Source: Enterobacteria phage vB_EcoM_IME340. From it: DNA of 64,000 nucleotides. The stretch lies in sequence record MH051916. One strand, given 5' to 3'. A model generated the notes under the pieces. The model was not told where the DNA came from. It made no database searches and worked only from the letters and a program-made list of their open reading frames with translations. Positions 40,854-49,715 of the stretch are shown here, one piece after another. Each line of letters starts with the position of its first letter. Positions within the stretch are counted from its first letter, which is position 1. Position numbers and translations under genes: made by a program.

Positions 40854-41267
40854 ATGACTCGTATCAATTTAACACTTGTTTCTGAACTGACCGACCAACA
40901 TCTTATGGCTGAGTATCGTGAATTACCACGCGTATTTGGTGCAGTCCGTAAACATGTTCAAAACGGTAAACGTGTAAAGGATTTTAAAATCTCTCCAACA
41001 TTTATCTTAGGCACAGGTCACGTAACATTCTTTTATGACAAACTCGAATTTTTACGTTTACGTCAAATCGAGCTAATCGCTGAATGCTTGAAACGTGGTT
41101 TCAAAATCAAGGACACGACTGTCCAGGATATTTCCGACATCCCTGTCGAATTTCGTAATAATTATGTCCCGTCCGAAGCGTCCATTGCGATAAGTCAAGC
41201 TCGCTTAGATGAAAAAATTGCTCAACGCCCTACTTGGTACAAATACTATGGTAAATCAATTTACTAA
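40854..41267 (+). CDS. denV: Endonuclease V (pyrimidine dimer glycosylase) DenV
   Basis: ATG at [31 protein letters not shown], matching recalled T4 endo V; the track ORF began 4 codons upstream. Confidence 0.93.
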   Translation: MTRINLTLVSELTDQHLMAEYRELPRVFGAVRKHVQNGKRVKDFKISPTFILGTGHVTFFYDKLEFLRLRQIELIAECLKRGFKIKDTTVQDISDIPVEFRNNYVPSEASIAISQARLDEKIAQRPTWYKYYGKSIY

Positions 41268-41273
41268 GGAAAA

Positions 41274-41534
41274 ATGAAAATGTATCAAGAATTTATCGCT
41301 GAAGCAGATGCCAAAGGCCCCAAATTTAAAGTTAAAGCTTTCGTTGGTGATGCCGAAGATTTTGGCTCATTAAAACGTAATGGGTATTTTTTCTTAGGTG
41401 GTGATGGTAAAGAAATCAACACCTATGCAAAACGTAGTGAAATTGCTTATGTTGCTGCAAGTCCTAAAGTAGATGTTGACGATATTGGATACGATTTTAA
41501 CAACTTCGGAATTATTTCTGGCGGTGAAGCTTAA
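41274..41534 (+). CDS. Internal-protein-like protein with capsid-targeting sequence
   Basis: 86 aa; N-terminus MKMYQEFIAEA. Confidence 0.7.
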   Translation: MKMYQEFIAEADAKGPKFKVKAFVGDAEDFGSLKRNGYFFLGGDGKEINTYAKRSEIAYVAASPKVDVDDIGYDFNNFGIISGGEA

Positions 41535-41537
41535 ACG

Positions 41538-41568
41538 GTTTACGCTTAAGTATTAATATGGTATAATT
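41538..41568 (+). promoter_or_regulatory. T4 early promoter (gtttac / tataat)
   Basis: gtttac, ~19 bp spacer, ggtataattactctatcaaaac. Confidence 0.55.
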
Positions 41569-41597
41569 ACTCTATCAAAACAAACAAGGAAACAAAA

Positions 41598-41912
41598 ATG
41601 AAAACATATAAAGAATTTATTGCAGAATCCGCCAACCAACGCGTTGAAGGTGGTTATATTTGGATTGAACAAGTTGAGCCACCGAGCCGCACTTCTACAG
41701 GTAAATGGAAAATTACTGTTGATGGTCCTGGTGGTAAACGTAGGACTCTTAAAGAAATTAATGGGTACTATGAAGAAGCTCTTTCGGATGCAGGAACTTA
41801 CATGATGCAAATCATGATTAAAAACCCTGAAAACCGTTTTGCAGCTAAAGTCTTCCGACGCATCGGTAATAAACTTTATGACGCATACTCTAAAAACTTC
41901 CCTAAAGAATAA
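41598..41912 (+). CDS. Internal protein, ipII-like size
   Basis: 104 aa; N-terminus MKTYKEFIAESA (capsid-targeting sequence). Confidence 0.72.
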   Translation: MKTYKEFIAESANQRVEGGYIWIEQVEPPSRTSTGKWKITVDGPGGKRRTLKEINGYYEEALSDAGTYMMQIMIKNPENRFAAKVFRRIGNKLYDAYSKNFPKE

Positions 41913-41938
41913 CATGAATTAAAACAATAGGAACAAAA

Positions 41939-42517
41939 ATGAAAACGTATCAAGAATTTATTGCTGAAGCTTCTGTAGTAAAGGCCAAAGGCATTAATAA
42001 GGACGAGTGGAACTATCGTGGTGGAAACGGCTTTGACCCTAAAACAGCCCCTATTGAACGATACTTAGCTACAAAAGCTTCCGATTTTAAAGCTTTCGCT
42101 TGGGAAGGACTTCGCTGGCGTACCGATTTAAATATTGAAGTTGACGGACTTAAATTTGCTCATATTGAAGATGTTGTTGCTAGTAACTTAGACGCAGCTT
42201 TTGTTAAAGCCGACAGTGATCTTCGTCGCTGGAATTTAAAACTGTTCTCTAAACAAAAAGGCCCGAAGTTTGTGCCTAAAGCCGGTAAATGGGTCATTGA
42301 TAATAAATTAGCTAAGGCTGTCAACTACGCTGGTCTTGAATTCGCCAAGCACAAATCATCATGGAAAGGTCTTGATGCAATGGCTTTCCGTAAAGAATTT
42401 GCCGATGTTATGGCTAAAGGCGGCTTTAAGGCAGAAATAGATACCTCTAAAGGTACGTTTAAGGACGCTAATGTTCAGTACGCTTACGCCGTTGCTAATG
42501 CAGCCCGTGGTAATTAA
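41939..42517 (+). CDS. Internal protein, ipIII-like size
   Basis: 192 aa; N-terminus MKTYQEFIAEAS, identical over the first 11 residues to the capsid-targeting sequence recalled for T4 internal proteins. Confidence 0.75.
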   Translation: MKTYQEFIAEASVVKAKGINKDEWNYRGGNGFDPKTAPIERYLATKASDFKAFAWEGLRWRTDLNIEVDGLKFAHIEDVVASNLDAAFVKADSDLRRWNLKLFSKQKGPKFVPKAGKWVIDNKLAKAVNYAGLEFAKHKSSWKGLDAMAFRKEFADVMAKGGFKAEIDTSKGTFKDANVQYAYAVANAARGN

Positions 42518-42694
42518 TAAGGCCGATACTTAGGCCTATTTACATTCAAATAACATGGGAACAACCTGGACCTCATGATTCTATGAGGGATTCCCGCCAA
42601 CCTGTAATAAGGTCGAGCCCAAGTGCGGTAATGGGTAAATACAGAAATGGACAATTCACGCGCCATGGAATGGCCCAAATTTAGAGAGAATAAA

Positions 42695-43237
42695 ATGAGA
42701 ACATTTTTAACTGGTCCTTATCTATCCCTGATGAATGCTTTTACACACCATTCTGATGCTAGAGTAGAAGAAATTTGTAATAGTGGATTTTATGTACCTG
42801 ATTCGCCACATTTATTTAAAGAATACTGCACACTTCGATTAGATGGTGGACGTCAATCCGGTAAATCAACTGCAGTAACTAATTTTGCCGCTAATTGGTT
42901 GTATGACGGTGGAACAGTTATTGTTCTTTCTAATACTTCAGCTTACGCTAAAATTTCTGCGGGCCACATTAAAAAAGAATTTTCACGCTATTCTAATGAT
43001 GATATTCGATTCCGTTTATTTACTGATTCTGTCCGTAGTTTTGTTGGTAATAGAGGTAGCAAGTTCAGAGGTTTATCGCTTTCGCGGATTTTGTATATAA
43101 TCGATGAGCCTGTTAAATCTCCTGATATGGATAAAATTTACGATATTCATATTGAAACTGTGCAATACTGCTGCAATAGTAAATGTTGCATTGGTGGTAT
43201 TACTCGTCCACAGTTTTTCGTAATTGGAATGCAATGA
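42695..43237 (+). CDS. P-loop NTPase
   Basis: Walker A GGRQSGKST and Walker B-like ILYIIDEP; start placed at MRTFLTG with gagagaataaaATG (track ORF began 16 codons upstream). Confidence 0.6.
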   Translation: MRTFLTGPYLSLMNAFTHHSDARVEEICNSGFYVPDSPHLFKEYCTLRLDGGRQSGKSTAVTNFAANWLYDGGTVIVLSNTSAYAKISAGHIKKEFSRYSNDDIRFRLFTDSVRSFVGNRGSKFRGLSLSRILYIIDEPVKSPDMDKIYDIHIETVQYCCNSKCCIGGITRPQFFVIGMQ

Positions 43238-43563
43238 TGACAGATACGCAACTTTTCGAATATCTTTATTTTTCGCCAAAAACTATTAAAAATAAATTGG
43301 TGAATCATTTTGAAATTTTGGCAAATAACAACGTCTTGAGCGAATTTTATCCTAAGCAATACAAATTACAAAAAGGCGTATTCAAAGGATGCAGAGTTTT
43401 GTGTACTGCTCCTAATGCAAGATTAATGAATAAAATTCCATATTTTACCATGGAATTTATTGATGGACCTTTTAAAGGACTAATCACCCAAAGTTTAATG
43501 GCATATGATTCTGAGCCATTTTTAATTAAAGAACAATCTTGGATAAATTTATTTTCTAATTGA
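43234..43563 (+). CDS. Hypothetical protein
   Basis: 109 aa from ATG overlapping the previous stop (ATGATGA). Confidence 0.5.
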   Translation: MMTDTQLFEYLYFSPKTIKNKLVNHFEILANNNVLSEFYPKQYKLQKGVFKGCRVLCTAPNARLMNKIPYFTMEFIDGPFKGLITQSLMAYDSEPFLIKEQSWINLFSN

Positions 43564-43569
43564 GGTTAT

Positions 43570-43932
43570 ATGAAAGCATATCAAATTCTTGAAGGCACGC
43601 ATAAAGGTACTATTTATTTTGAAGATGGTATTCAAGCACGAATTATTGTCTCTAAAACTTTTAAAGATGACTCTTTTGTAGACCCAGAAATTTTCTATGG
43701 TTTGCATGCCCGTGAAATTGAAATTGAAACACAACCTACAGTTAAAATTGAAGGTGGTCAACACCTGAACGTTAACGTTCTGCGTCGTGAAACTCTGGAA
43801 GATGCAGTTAAGCATCCGGAAAAATATCCGCAGCTGACCATCCGTGTATCCGGATATGCAGTTCGCTTTAACTCTCTGACTCCGGAACAGCAACGCGACG
43901 TTATTGCTCGTACCTTTACTGAGAGTTTGTAA
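43570..43932 (+). CDS. Autonomous glycyl-radical cofactor, GrcA/YfiD-like (T4 Y06I family)
   Basis: 120 aa; C-terminal [24 protein letters not shown] glycyl-radical motif. Confidence 0.85.
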   Translation: MKAYQILEGTHKGTIYFEDGIQARIIVSKTFKDDSFVDPEIFYGLHAREIEIETQPTVKIEGGQHLNVNVLRRETLEDAVKHPEKYPQLTIRVSGYAVRFNSLTPEQQRDVIARTFTESL

Positions 43933-44153
43933 TGGCAAAGATAATTATTGAAGGTTCTGAAGATGTGCTAAATGCTTTCGCCGAGTGGTTTAGTAATTCA
44001 GGCGAACAGCAATTTAATGAAGCGTGGAACATGGGTGATATTAGTGGAATTTATCCTACGACAGAAATTTCTGTTCAAGGATATGGAATTCATGAACCTA
44101 TTCGTTTAGTTGAATATGATTTGGGAACAGGTGAGGAAGTAAAATATGATTGA
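43932..44153 (+). CDS. Hypothetical protein
   Basis: 73 aa ORF, start overlaps the preceding stop. Confidence 0.5.
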   Translation: MAKIIIEGSEDVLNAFAEWFSNSGEQQFNEAWNMGDISGIYPTTEISVQGYGIHEPIRLVEYDLGTGEEVKYD

Positions 44154-44412
44154 AGACATTAAAGGTTATAAGCCACATACTGACGATAAAATCAGTAAAG
44201 TGAATGCTATCAAAGACGCTGAAGTTCGTTTAGGACTTATCTTTGATGCTTTATACGATGAATTCTGGGAAGCACTAGATAATTGTGAAGACTGTGAATT
44301 CGCGAAGAATTATGCTGAAAGCCTCGATCAGTTAACTATTGCTAAAACGAAACTCAAAGAAGCCAGTATGTGGGCTTGTCGTGCTGTGTTCCAACCAGAG
44401 GAAAAATATTAA
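44146..44412 (+). CDS. Hypothetical small helical protein (vs.4 position)
   Basis: 88 aa; coupled to neighbours. Confidence 0.5.
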   Translation: MIEDIKGYKPHTDDKISKVNAIKDAEVRLGLIFDALYDEFWEALDNCEDCEFAKNYAESLDQLTIAKTKLKEASMWACRAVFQPEEKY

Positions 44413-44690
44413 TGGCTCAATTAAGCGCAGGGTTTGGTTATGAGTATTATACTGCCCCTCGTCGTGTATCTGTTGCTCCTAAGAAAATTCAAAGTCTTGA
44501 TGACTTCCAGGAAGTAGTTCGTAAAGCTTTCCAGGACTATGCGAGTTATCTTAAAGAAGATTCACAGGACTGTCTCGAAGAAGATGAAATTGCTTACTAT
44601 GAGCAGCGTCTTGAACAGCTCAAAAACCTACATGAGGTTCGTGCAGAAGTTACAAAGTCTATGAATAAATTGATTAGATTTAAAGAATAA
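44412..44690 (+). CDS. Hypothetical small protein
   Basis: 92 aa from ATG at MAQLSAGF overlapping the preceding stop. Confidence 0.5.
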   Translation: MAQLSAGFGYEYYTAPRRVSVAPKKIQSLDDFQEVVRKAFQDYASYLKEDSQDCLEEDEIAYYEQRLEQLKNLHEVRAEVTKSMNKLIRFKE

Positions 44691-44693
44691 CTG

Positions 44694-44723
44694 TTTACTT
44701 TTCCTCTTGACTGTGGTATAATT
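44694..44723 (+). promoter_or_regulatory. T4 early promoter (gtttac / tataat)
   Basis: gtttac, 18 bp spacer, tgtggTATAATttttctatcag, then gaggagaataacATG. Confidence 0.65.
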
Positions 44724-44749
44724 TTTCTATCAGTTAAGAGGAGAATAAC

Positions 44750-45211
44750 ATGACTATCAACACAGAAGTTTTTATCCGTCGAAATAAGCTTCGTCGTCAC
44801 TTTGAGTCGGAGTTTCGTCAAATTAACAATGAGATTCATGAGGCATCAAAAGCAGCAGGAGTCTCATCGTTTCATCTAAAATATTCTCAACATCTTCTTG
44901 ATCGTGCAATTCAACGGGAGATTGATGAGACATATGTTTTTGAATTATTCCACAAAATAAAAGACCATGTTTTAGAAGTTAATGAATTCCTGAGTATGCC
45001 TCCGCGTCCTGACATTGATGAGGATTTTATTGATGGAGTTGAATATCGCCCTGGACGTTTAGAAATTACAGATGGAAATCTTTGGCTTGGATTTACGGTT
45101 TGTAAGCCTAATGAGAAGTTCAAAAACCCGTCACTTCAATGCAGGATGGCAATTATCAACAGTCGTCGTTTACCAGGAAAGGCTTCTAAAGCAGTAATTA
45201 AAACTCAATGA
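44750..45211 (+). CDS. regB: Site-specific endoribonuclease RegB
   Basis: 153 aa, same length as T4 RegB; basic N-terminus; expected position between vs genes and denV side. Confidence 0.8.
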   Translation: MTINTEVFIRRNKLRRHFESEFRQINNEIHEASKAAGVSSFHLKYSQHLLDRAIQREIDETYVFELFHKIKDHVLEVNEFLSMPPRPDIDEDFIDGVEYRPGRLEITDGNLWLGFTVCKPNEKFKNPSLQCRMAIINSRRLPGKASKAVIKTQ

Positions 45212-45218
45212 GGTAAGC

Positions 45219-45764
45219 ATGAGAAAAGCACTACTCGCTGGTCTATTGGCCATTTCAATGATGGCACATAGCTCCGAGCATACTTTCAGTAATGTCCAAC
45301 TCGATAACATGCGTTACGCATATCAATTCGGGGAACAATTTTCTAAGGATGGAAAATATAAAACACACAAAAATATCCACAAGAGTGGATTAGGTCATAT
45401 AATGGCTGCTATTTTATGGCAAGAAAGCTCTGCCGGAGTTAATTTAAAATCTAAACCAAAGCATCATGCCTATGGAATGTTCCAAAATTATTTGCCGACC
45501 ATGCGAGCAAGAGTTAAGGAACTTGGTTATAATATGACCGATGCTGAAATAAAAAGAATGTTGAATAAACGGTCCAATTCAGCTTCCTGGGCGTACATTG
45601 AACTTTCTTATTGGTTAAATATACATAAGGGCGATATAAGAAAGGCAATATCCTCTTATAATTCGGGATGGAATGTTAAAGCAGGTTCTAAATATGCTTC
45701 TGAAGTCCTAGAAAAGGCTAACTACCTTAAAAATAATAAACTGTTGGAAATAGTAAATGACTAA
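45219..45764 (+). CDS. Secreted lytic-transglycosylase-like protein (T4 vs.1 position)
   Basis: 181 aa; signal peptide MRKALLAGLLAISMMAHS; SLT-like motifs ILWQESS, YGMFQNY, SSYNSGWN. Confidence 0.7.
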   Translation: MRKALLAGLLAISMMAHSSEHTFSNVQLDNMRYAYQFGEQFSKDGKYKTHKNIHKSGLGHIMAAILWQESSAGVNLKSKPKHHAYGMFQNYLPTMRARVKELGYNMTDAEIKRMLNKRSNSASWAYIELSYWLNIHKGDIRKAISSYNSGWNVKAGSKYASEVLEKANYLKNNKLLEIVND

Positions 45765-46104
45765 AATTTTGGTTTTATGTATAGGATTAATTTCATTTTC
45801 TGCTTATGCGTCAGCAGATACATCATATACTGAAATTAGGGAGTATGTGAACCGCACTGCAGCGGATTATTGTGGGAAAAATAAAGCATGCCAAGCTGAA
45901 TTTGCGCAGAAATTAATATATGCATATAAAGACGGAGAAAGAGATAAATCAAGCAGATACAAAAACGATACATTATTAAAACGATATGCTAAAAAGTGGA
46001 ATACCCTAGAATGTTCAGTTGCGGAGGAAAAAGATAAAGCCGCTTGTCATTCAATGGTTGACCGTTTAGTAGATTCTTATAATCGAGGATTGAGTACTAG
46101 ATGA
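45757..46104 (+). CDS. vs: Valyl-tRNA synthetase modifier-like secreted protein
   Basis: 115 aa with signal peptide, same length and position as T4 vs. Confidence 0.6.
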   Translation: MTKILVLCIGLISFSAYASADTSYTEIREYVNRTAADYCGKNKACQAEFAQKLIYAYKDGERDKSSRYKNDTLLKRYAKKWNTLECSVAEEKDKAACHSMVDRLVDSYNRGLSTR

Positions 46105-46580
46105 TTGTAAAATATATCAAGGGCGATATTGTCGCCCTCTTTCTTGAAGGTAATATTATTGCGCACGGGTGTAACTGTTTTCATACAATGGGCAGTGGTG
46201 TAGCTGGTCAATTAGCAAGAGCCTATCCCAAAATTTTAGAAATAGATAAAACCACTACTGAGTACGGTTCTCGTGATAAATTAGGCGATATGTCTATTGT
46301 TTTTAAACATAAACCTAATGGGTTTGGCATATGTTATAACTTGTATACGCAATACGAACCAGGTCCTAATCTTGATTATGGTGCTTTAGTAAACTGCATG
46401 ATAGAATTAAATCTACAGGCAGAAACCCTTTTGTTTAAACCGGTAATTTACATTCCACGCATAGGTTGTGGTATTGCTGGCGGCGATTGGGATAAGGTTT
46501 CTAAATTAATCGACATGTTTACTCCTGATATTGATTTAATAGTGGTGGATTATGAAAGTACATTACCCACATCCGTTTGA
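46101..46580 (+). CDS. Macro-domain (ADP-ribose binding/processing) protein
   Basis: 159 aa; macro signatures IKGDIV...NIIAHGCNCFHTMGSGVAGQLARAYP and IPRIGCGIAGGDW. Confidence 0.75.
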   Translation: MIVKYIKGDIVALFLEGNIIAHGCNCFHTMGSGVAGQLARAYPKILEIDKTTTEYGSRDKLGDMSIVFKHKPNGFGICYNLYTQYEPGPNLDYGALVNCMIELNLQAETLLFKPVIYIPRIGCGIAGGDWDKVSKLIDMFTPDIDLIVVDYESTLPTSV

Positions 46581-46764
46581 TCCTAAAAACAAAGCAGTAA
46601 TTATTCGTCAATGGGAACGCATTTGCCGTACTAAATGTCCAATTAATAGTCCACATGATGTAGATAAAGACTACATTGGAACATTCGTTGAATATACATT
46701 TATTGATAAGAAAGGTCGTAAACAGCATGTAGAAGAATACTGCGTAAAGGTGACATGGTTATGA
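46552..46764 (+). CDS. Hypothetical protein
   Basis: 70 aa ORF overlapping neighbours. Confidence 0.45.
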   Translation: MKVHYPHPFDPKNKAVIIRQWERICRTKCPINSPHDVDKDYIGTFVEYTFIDKKGRKQHVEEYCVKVTWL

Positions 46765-46967
46765 GCCAAACTAGTATTCTTAAAAATGCCCACTGTGAAA
46801 AGTGTAAGTGGCCGGTTGTTTTTGCTTTATGTAACGATGAAATGGCTTGTGATTTCGATTATTGGTGCTATTGTTCTAATAAAGGATGCATCAATCATAA
46901 AGGTGAAGGATTTTATTCGGGATTTTATCCTTATCCAGATTTCGTTAAAGAAGGTAAACCGAAATGA
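46755..46967 (+). CDS. Cysteine-rich small protein (possible zinc binding)
   Basis: 70 aa with CEKCKW...CNDEMACDFDYWCYCSNKGC. Confidence 0.5.
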   Translation: MVMSQTSILKNAHCEKCKWPVVFALCNDEMACDFDYWCYCSNKGCINHKGEGFYSGFYPYPDFVKEGKPK

Positions 46968-47137
46968 ATAGTTCTGAGTTACAATATGAAGTGTTACGTG
47001 AACTTGATAATTTAATTGAACTCGCTGTTAATAAAGGTTTTGCCATTGGAATTGGTCAAAAAGATACTGATCATTTAACTGTGGAAATATTTAAGCAAAA
47101 GCGAATTATTTTAAAACTTCTGGAAATTAATATATGA
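46964..47137 (+). CDS. Small hypothetical protein
   Basis: 57 aa ORF (MNSSELQYEVLRELDNLIELAVNKGF...) overlapping the previous stop. Confidence 0.4.
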   Translation: MNSSELQYEVLRELDNLIELAVNKGFAIGIGQKDTDHLTVEIFKQKRIILKLLEINI

Positions 47138-47319
47138 GCCTAAGCAAAGAACAAAAAGACAAACTCTTTTCTCTTATCCACGAAATTATGGATAAAAATA
47201 GTGAATTGGAAAAAGTTTGTAATGAATGCGGTCCTTTTAGCGCAAATGAATATGAAGAACTTTCCAAAGAATTTGATAATAAAGAACAAGAACTCATTGA
47301 TTATATAAATTCCTTATGA
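47134..47319 (+). CDS. Small helical protein, ~60 aa paralog family member
   Basis: 61 aa; shares the pattern EQK..LF.L..EI...G...YEEL with five other ORFs. Confidence 0.5.
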   Translation: MSLSKEQKDKLFSLIHEIMDKNSELEKVCNECGPFSANEYEELSKEFDNKEQELIDYINSL

Positions 47320-47504
47320 TTACTCGCGAACAAAAGAACGAAATATTATTTTTAGTTGGTGAAATTATTAGTTTAGAAAAGGATTTGTCTTTTGAAATAT
47401 CTTCTGAATATGGAGATGCCGAAACATATTACGAATTAGTAAAATCTATCGATAAAGCTGAAAATGATTTAGAAACATATTTAGAAAATTTAACTAAGGA
47501 CTAA
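47316..47504 (+). CDS. Small helical protein, ~60 aa paralog family member
   Basis: 62 aa; paralog of 47134-47319. Confidence 0.5.
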   Translation: MITREQKNEILFLVGEIISLEKDLSFEISSEYGDAETYYELVKSIDKAENDLETYLENLTKD

Positions 47505-47505
47505 G

Positions 47506-48087
47506 ATGGCGAGTTTAATTTTTACTTATGCAGCAATGAATGCTGGAAAATCTGCTTCTCTTTTGACTGCTGCGCATAATTATAAAGAACGTGGAATGAG
47601 TGTATTAGTTCTTAAGCCTGCTATTGATACTCGCGATTCTGTCTGTGAAGTCGTTTCTCGCATTGGAATTAAACAGGAAGCGAATATTATTACAGATGAT
47701 ATGGATATTTTCGAGTTCTATAAATGGGCTGAAGCACAAAAAGATATTCATTGCGTATTTGTAGATGAAGCCCAGTTTTTAAAAACTGAACAAGTGCATC
47801 AATTGAGTCGAATTGTTGATACATATAATGTTCCTGTTATGGCTTATGGATTAAGGACTGATTTCGCTGGAAAATTGTTTGAAGGTTCTAAAGAACTTTT
47901 AGCGATTGCAGATAAACTTATTGAACTAAAGGCAGTTTGTCATTGCGGCAAAAAAGCGATTATGACAGCTCGATTGATGGAAGATGGAACACCAGTTAAA
48001 GAAGGTAATCAAATCTGTATTGGTGATGAAATTTATGTTTCTTTGTGTAGAAAACACTGGAACGAATTAACTAAAAAGCTCGGTTAG
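47506..48087 (+). CDS. tk: Thymidine kinase
   Basis: 193 aa; P-loop MNAGKSASLL and zinc-ribbon cysteines CHCGKKA...C; same length as T4 Tk. Confidence 0.95.
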   Translation: MASLIFTYAAMNAGKSASLLTAAHNYKERGMSVLVLKPAIDTRDSVCEVVSRIGIKQEANIITDDMDIFEFYKWAEAQKDIHCVFVDEAQFLKTEQVHQLSRIVDTYNVPVMAYGLRTDFAGKLFEGSKELLAIADKLIELKAVCHCGKKAIMTARLMEDGTPVKEGNQICIGDEIYVSLCRKHWNELTKKLG

Positions 48088-48129
48088 TGCAAAAGTTATA
48101 AATAGGTTTATCTAACTAAAGGGGTATAT

Positions 48130-48342
48130 ATGCTACAATTAACTGAAAAGCAACTTCGCAATCTTACTGTGCTTCAATTAGATGAAATTCGTAGGGAAGT
48201 TGGAAATATCATTTCAGCTTTGCGTCGAGAAGTATCACTCAACCAATCTCCGGCAGACTATACTAGATTGCGAAATTTTGAAAAATACCTTGATAAAGTT
48301 AAGGCCGTGCATCGGCATAAAGTAAATACAGGACAAAAATGA
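48130..48342 (+). CDS. Hypothetical small protein
   Basis: 70 aa ORF between tk and rI. Confidence 0.5.
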
Positions 48343-48354
48343 TAGGAGGCCTTT

Positions 48355-48648
48355 ATGGCCTTAAAAGCAACGGCACTTTTTGCCACGCTAGGATTGTCAT
48401 TTGTTTTATCTCCATCGATTGAAGCGAATGTCGATCCTCATTTTGATAAATTTATGGAATCTGGTATTAGGCACGTTTATACACTTTTTGAAAATAAAAG
48501 CGTAGAATCGTCTGAACAATTCTATAGTTTTATGAGAACGACCTATAAAAATGACCCGTGCTCTTCTGATTTTGAATGTATAGAACGAGGCGCGGAGATG
48601 GCACAATCATACGCTAGAATTATGAACATTAAATTGGAGACTGAATGA
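48355..48648 (+). CDS. rI: Lysis inhibition regulator (antiholin) RI
   Basis: 97 aa with N-terminal signal-anchor-release segment; same length and position as T4 RI. Confidence 0.78.
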   Translation: MALKATALFATLGLSFVLSPSIEANVDPHFDKFMESGIRHVYTLFENKSVESSEQFYSFMRTTYKNDPCSSDFECIERGAEMAQSYARIMNIKLETE

Positions 48649-49031
48649 AATTCAGCGACTTTTCACAAAGTGGAAAACCTTCAAAGGCAGATGAATACTT
48701 AGGTTTATTAATGGCTGCACAAGCTTATTTTCATTCTGCACATTTTGAAACTAAAAGTTATGCTAGACACAAAGCATACGATTTTATTTTCTCCGAGTTG
48801 CCAGATTTAATTGATAAATTTGGTGAGCAATATTTGGGGTATTCTGGTAGAAAATACACACCTTCAATTCCAGATGCCAGTAAACTTCCTACCGACACAA
48901 TTAAAATGATTGATCGCATACTAGACCAATCTAACAGCATTTATAAAGAAATGCCTCCAGCCATCCAAAGCACGATAGATGATATTACTGGAATGTTTTA
49001 CCAGAGTAAGTATCTTCTTTCCCTCGAATAA
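48645..49031 (+). CDS. Hypothetical protein (T4 rI.-1 position)
   Basis: 128 aa, stop-start overlap with rI. Confidence 0.6.
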   Translation: MKFSDFSQSGKPSKADEYLGLLMAAQAYFHSAHFETKSYARHKAYDFIFSELPDLIDKFGEQYLGYSGRKYTPSIPDASKLPTDTIKMIDRILDQSNSIYKEMPPAIQSTIDDITGMFYQSKYLLSLE

Positions 49032-49035
49032 CATT

Positions 49036-49059
49036 AGTCTCCTTCGGGAGACTTTTTTC
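49036..49059 (+). terminator. Rho-independent terminator
   Basis: agtctcc-ttcg-ggagact hairpin followed by tttttt. Confidence 0.75.
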
Positions 49060-49068
49060 ATTTTACCG

Positions 49069-49098
49069 GTTTACTTTCCGTTTGAGCTGTGGTACTAT
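49069..49098 (+). promoter_or_regulatory. T4 early promoter (gtttac / tactat)
   Basis: gtttac, 18 bp spacer, tgtggTACTATacaactatc, then gaggagaacatcATG. Confidence 0.65.
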
Positions 49099-49126
49099 AC
49101 AACTATCGGATAAAGAGGAGAACATC

Positions 49127-49315
49127 ATGAAAATTGAAGCACTCAATCAAGAAGGAAATATCTACGTCATCATTAACGGTGATTTTTTCGTCGACATGGA
49201 TGAAGTTACCAGTGAAGAACTTGAAGAACTTCTTAAGAAACGTTATGATATGTGTGATGAAGCTGCAACTCATATGGCGTGTGCAATATTCTCTCTTTCA
49301 TATGTGGTGGAATAA
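49127..49315 (+). CDS. Small acidic protein
   Basis: 62 aa from ATG at MKIEALNQ with GAGGAG SD. Confidence 0.5.
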   Translation: MKIEALNQEGNIYVIINGDFFVDMDEVTSEELEELLKKRYDMCDEAATHMACAIFSLSYVVE

Positions 49316-49518
49316 TGATTAGTATCGAACAAGCAGATAAAATTAAAGAATTGGTAGCTTTAATTCGCAAAGCAGATGAGGAACTTAGTGACTTTGCTTG
49401 GTTTTCGGCAGGCATTGCAAATAAAGGTATTGAAGAATTTGAAGCTAAAGTTGATAATGCTGTAGAAGCTTTAGATATGTTTCTTGATGAAATTATCGAT
49501 CACAATACGAGAGTTTAA
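49315..49518 (+). CDS. Small helical protein, ~60 aa paralog family member
   Basis: 67 aa from ATG at [17 protein letters not shown]. Confidence 0.5.
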   Translation: MISIEQADKIKELVALIRKADEELSDFAWFSAGIANKGIEEFEAKVDNAVEALDMFLDEIIDHNTRV

Positions 49519-49520
49519 GT

Positions 49521-49715
49521 ATGCTGACACACGAACAGTTTGAAAAAATCATTAAATTAGCACGTGATGTTGAAATAGATTCATATCAATTAGCAGTTGA
49601 GCATTGTGAAGGATATTCATACGAAGGTATAGCAGCAGCTAAAAGAGATTTGGATAAATCTAAAGCTAAGTTAGTTCAATATCTTGAAATGATTAGGTGG
49701 AATAATGAAAACTGA
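49521..49715 (+). CDS. Small helical protein, ~60 aa paralog family member
   Basis: 64 aa (MLTHEQFEKIIKLARDV...). Confidence 0.5.
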   Translation: MLTHEQFEKIIKLARDVEIDSYQLAVEHCEGYSYEGIAAAKRDLDKSKAKLVQYLEMIRWNNEN

